A stretch of DNA of 64,000 bases from a virus. The translations under genes and the position numbers were made by a program. The stretch lies in the IMG/VR virus record IMGVR_UViG_3300030099_006533; one strand, 5' to 3'. Under the pieces are notes generated by a model. The model did no database searches, was not told the DNA's origin, and saw nothing but the letters and a program-made list of their open reading frames with translations. Of this stretch, positions 61,410-64,000 are shown piece by piece. How positions within the stretch are numbered: the stretch's first letter is position 1; each line of letters begins with the position of its first letter.

Positions 61410-61685
61410 ATGCAATGGAAATATGGCATGATAAAGGTCTCTGAAGAGATTGACCTTGAAACACAACAAACAATTGACGATATTTGTGAACTAGTTGAAC
61501 TCTATTACAATGATAAAGGGGAATGCTGTAAGTTTTGCAAGCCTACAATAATGTCTGTAGAGTGCCTGTACAGGGCCTTTGCTGATGTAGCCAACGATGG
61601 CGTTAACACATGGTTTTGGGAAAATGGAACATTTAGTTGGTCCAGTAAAGAAAAATACTGGGCTTGGGAAAAATACAAAACGTAA
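61410..61685 (+). CDS. hypothetical protein
   Basis: ELVELYY....C..F. Confidence 0.6.
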   Translation: MQWKYGMIKVSEEIDLETQQTIDDICELVELYYNDKGECCKFCKPTIMSVECLYRAFADVANDGVNTWFWENGTFSWSSKEKYWAWEKYKT

Positions 61686-61858
61686 ATTAAGTTTTGCAAA
61701 TAAAACAAGATTGACCCTTGTAGCGGTCAATTTATTAATGATCGCATGGACTCTTGGTCTTATCCACAAGTTAATAAATCTTTGGGAAAAAAGACAGTTA
61801 AAATATCAAAGCTTGAAATCAACAAAACAATATGATATTATTGATGTTGTTCCTGTAA

Positions 61859-62098
61859 ATGAGGAGAAAACTGATGAATGAAGAAGTACAAGGAGATTCA
61901 CCGGAGTTTTTAATCACAGCGATTAGAAAATCAGAGATTAACGGTGAAATTTTAATTGATTATCAGCTCACTAACGAGTTCAAAGACTGGTACAAAAAGA
62001 AGAACAATTTAAAGAGATGGTCAAGAAAACGTTTTGAATCTGACCTAAAAGACCTTGTACTGGGCCAAATGGCAGCGACAAGAACTTCTGAAAAATAA
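61859..62098 (+). CDS. hypothetical protein
   Basis: GAGGAG RBS near 61874. Confidence 0.55.
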   Translation: MRRKLMNEEVQGDSPEFLITAIRKSEINGEILIDYQLTNEFKDWYKKKNNLKRWSRKRFESDLKDLVLGQMAATRTSEK

Positions 62099-62101
62099 AT
62101 C

Positions 62102-62130
62102 TTGACTTTCAATTTAATTTGGGTTATATT
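62102..62130 (+). promoter_or_regulatory. sigma70-type promoter for tRNA pair
   Basis: TTGACT-N17-TATATT. Confidence 0.7.
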
Positions 62131-62148
62131 AATAACATGATGAAGTAC

Positions 62149-62224
62149 GGGTCGCTAGCTCAACAGGTAGAGCAACGGACTTTTAATCCGTTGGTTCTGG
62201 GTTCAAGTCCCAGGCGACTCACCA
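62149..62224 (+). tRNA. tRNA-Lys(UUU)
   Basis: GGGTCGC/GCGACTC, ACGGA-CT-TTT-AA-TCCGT, GGTTCAAG, CCA. Confidence 0.96.
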
Positions 62225-62233
62225 ACAATCTTC

Positions 62234-62309
62234 TGGCCGGTAGCTCAGTGGTCAGAGCAGTCGTCTTATATGCGATTGGTCGTGGGTTCAATCCCCACCC
62301 GGCCGACCA
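62234..62309 (+). tRNA. tRNA-Ile(UAU)
   Basis: TGGCCGG/CCGGCCG, GTCGT-CT-TAT-AT-GCGAT, GGTTCAAT, A73, CCA. Confidence 0.9.
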
Positions 62310-62324
62310 AAACTAGCAAGAACA

Positions 62325-62545
62325 ATGAAAAAGAAAATTCATATCAACCAACACAAGATTCGTTCAAACAAGAAAAACGATGAGTTTGAGCCTGTCATTA
62401 CGGTGAAGACTTATAAATCAAATGATTATTGTCACGAAGCTATTATTGAAGGCCCTTGTAAGGTTGTGTATTCTCCTGATAAACCTCTTTCTTGTGGAGC
62501 GAGAGTTTGGATTGAAACTGAATCTGAAGTTCGCTGTGTGATTAA

Positions 62546-62549
<4 letters not shown>
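62325..62549 (+). CDS. conserved phage hypothetical protein
   Basis: IHINQHKIRSN...PVITVK...VVYSPDKPLSCGARVWIET. Confidence 0.75.
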
Positions 62550-63415
<866 letters not shown>

Positions 63416-63440
63416 CTCAACGAAGGGAATACATATACAC

Positions 63441-63588
63441 GGCCTCTGACAAATAATATGTGTTCCTGGGGAGCTCTGATAGGACCGCCAACTTATCATC
63501 TTCCTGCCCTTGGCGGAGGGCGAAACGATATCCTGAACGCTGGTGCGCTACCTACCCAGCACTAAAAAACAGGTAGCAGTCAGAGGCC
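63441..63588 (+). ncRNA. unassigned structured RNA candidate with kissing loops and pseudoknot
   Basis: 10-bp closing helix GGCCTCTGAC/GTCAGAGGCC; complementary loops CCGCCA and TGGCGG; GCTGG/CCAGC crossing GCTACCT/AGGTAGC. Confidence 0.7.
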
Positions 63589-63593
63589 ACTAT

Positions 63594-63669
63594 GCCGCTT
63601 TAGCTCAGTTGGTAGAGCATCGGTTTTGTAAACCGACGGTCATCCGTTCAAGTCGGATAAGCGGCTCCA
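63594..63669 (+). tRNA. tRNA-Thr(UGU)
   Basis: GCCGCTT/AAGCGGC, TCGGT-TT-TGT-AA-ACCGA, CCA. Confidence 0.95.
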
Positions 63670-63670
63670 C

Positions 63671-63697
63671 AGGCACCCTTCGGGGTGTCTTTTTTTT
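63671..63697 (+). terminator. Rho-independent terminator
   Basis: AGGCACCC-TTCG-GGGTGTCT-TTTTTT. Confidence 0.88.
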
Positions 63698-63741
63698 GAA
63701 CGAAAGCCGGTTGCACTGTATAATCTAAGCAGGTGGAAGAT

Positions 63742-63900
63742 ATGCCTTGTTTGAAACACATCATGTTAGCTGCGGTCGCCCTTAACTGCGTGACTGCTGT
63801 TATTAATCTAGTAGGCGGAAACCTGCAGTGGGCCATCTTTAACATGATCATAGCGTGCTTCTGCCAGATCGGCTATCTTCAGGAAGCTAACAAAGAATGA
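63742..63900 (+). CDS. 52-aa two-TM peptide
   Basis: Read manually; TTGAAC-N17-TATAAT upstream. Confidence 0.55.
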   Translation: MPCLKHIMLAAVALNCVTAVINLVGGNLQWAIFNMIIACFCQIGYLQEANKE

Positions 63901-63903
63901 TTC

Positions 63904-63979
63904 GCGGGTGTAACTCAATTGGTAGAGTGTCAGCCTTCCAAGCTGAATGTTGTGGGTTCGAGACCCATCGCCCGCTCCA
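63904..63979 (+). tRNA. tRNA-Gly(UCC)
   Basis: GCGGGTG/CGCCCGC, TCAGC-CT-TCC-AA-GCTGA, U73, CCA. Confidence 0.96.
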
Positions 63980-64000
63980 AAAATCTTTATCCAGCAGAAG

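Noticed and set aside
63476-63530. Hammerhead ribozyme in the 63.4 kb RNA (CTGAT...GAAAC)
   Set aside because: The core reads CUGAUAG, not CUGANGA, and no compatible stem III/NUH site was found

Overview
This window is most consistent with part of a large lytic dsDNA (jumbo or 'huge') bacteriophage genome, not a cellular chromosome. Essentially all credible genes tile the + strand in the standard genetic code. (1) 1-19.6 kb: auxiliary and virion-type genes (IMPDH/GMPR, ClpP-like, GroEL, glutaredoxin, degenerate Dam, a 1410-aa protein, trypsin-like protease, vWA lipoprotein, tail-fibre-like protein, Pol-beta nucleotidyltransferase). (2) About 19.6-43.5 kb: an accessory region of small genes with a large expansion of 'K-V-G-D-L-V' SH3/KOW-like mini-proteins. 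Its 22.7-36 kb part is driven by 14 sigma70-type promoters; 13 of them share a fixed architecture, TTGACA-N5-TT(G/T)ACA-N9-(-35)-N17-(-10). A GC-rich MoxR AAA/vWA pair lies at 34.6-37.3 kb, followed by a GTGAG-repeat tract at about 38-39 kb. (3) 43.7-59 kb: proteins sharing an 'MKLLLENWRKYL-x-E'-like leader fused to diverse cargo domains. (4) 59.7-64 kb: tmRNA, FKBP PPIase, eukaryote-type PMM and five tRNAs, including a rare tRNA-Ile(UAU); a sixth tRNA (Leu) lies at 25.1 kb. Two highly structured, unassigned ncRNA candidates (30.2 and 63.4 kb) and a weaker third (59.7 kb) were found. All family assignments come from motif recognition by eye; no database search was run.
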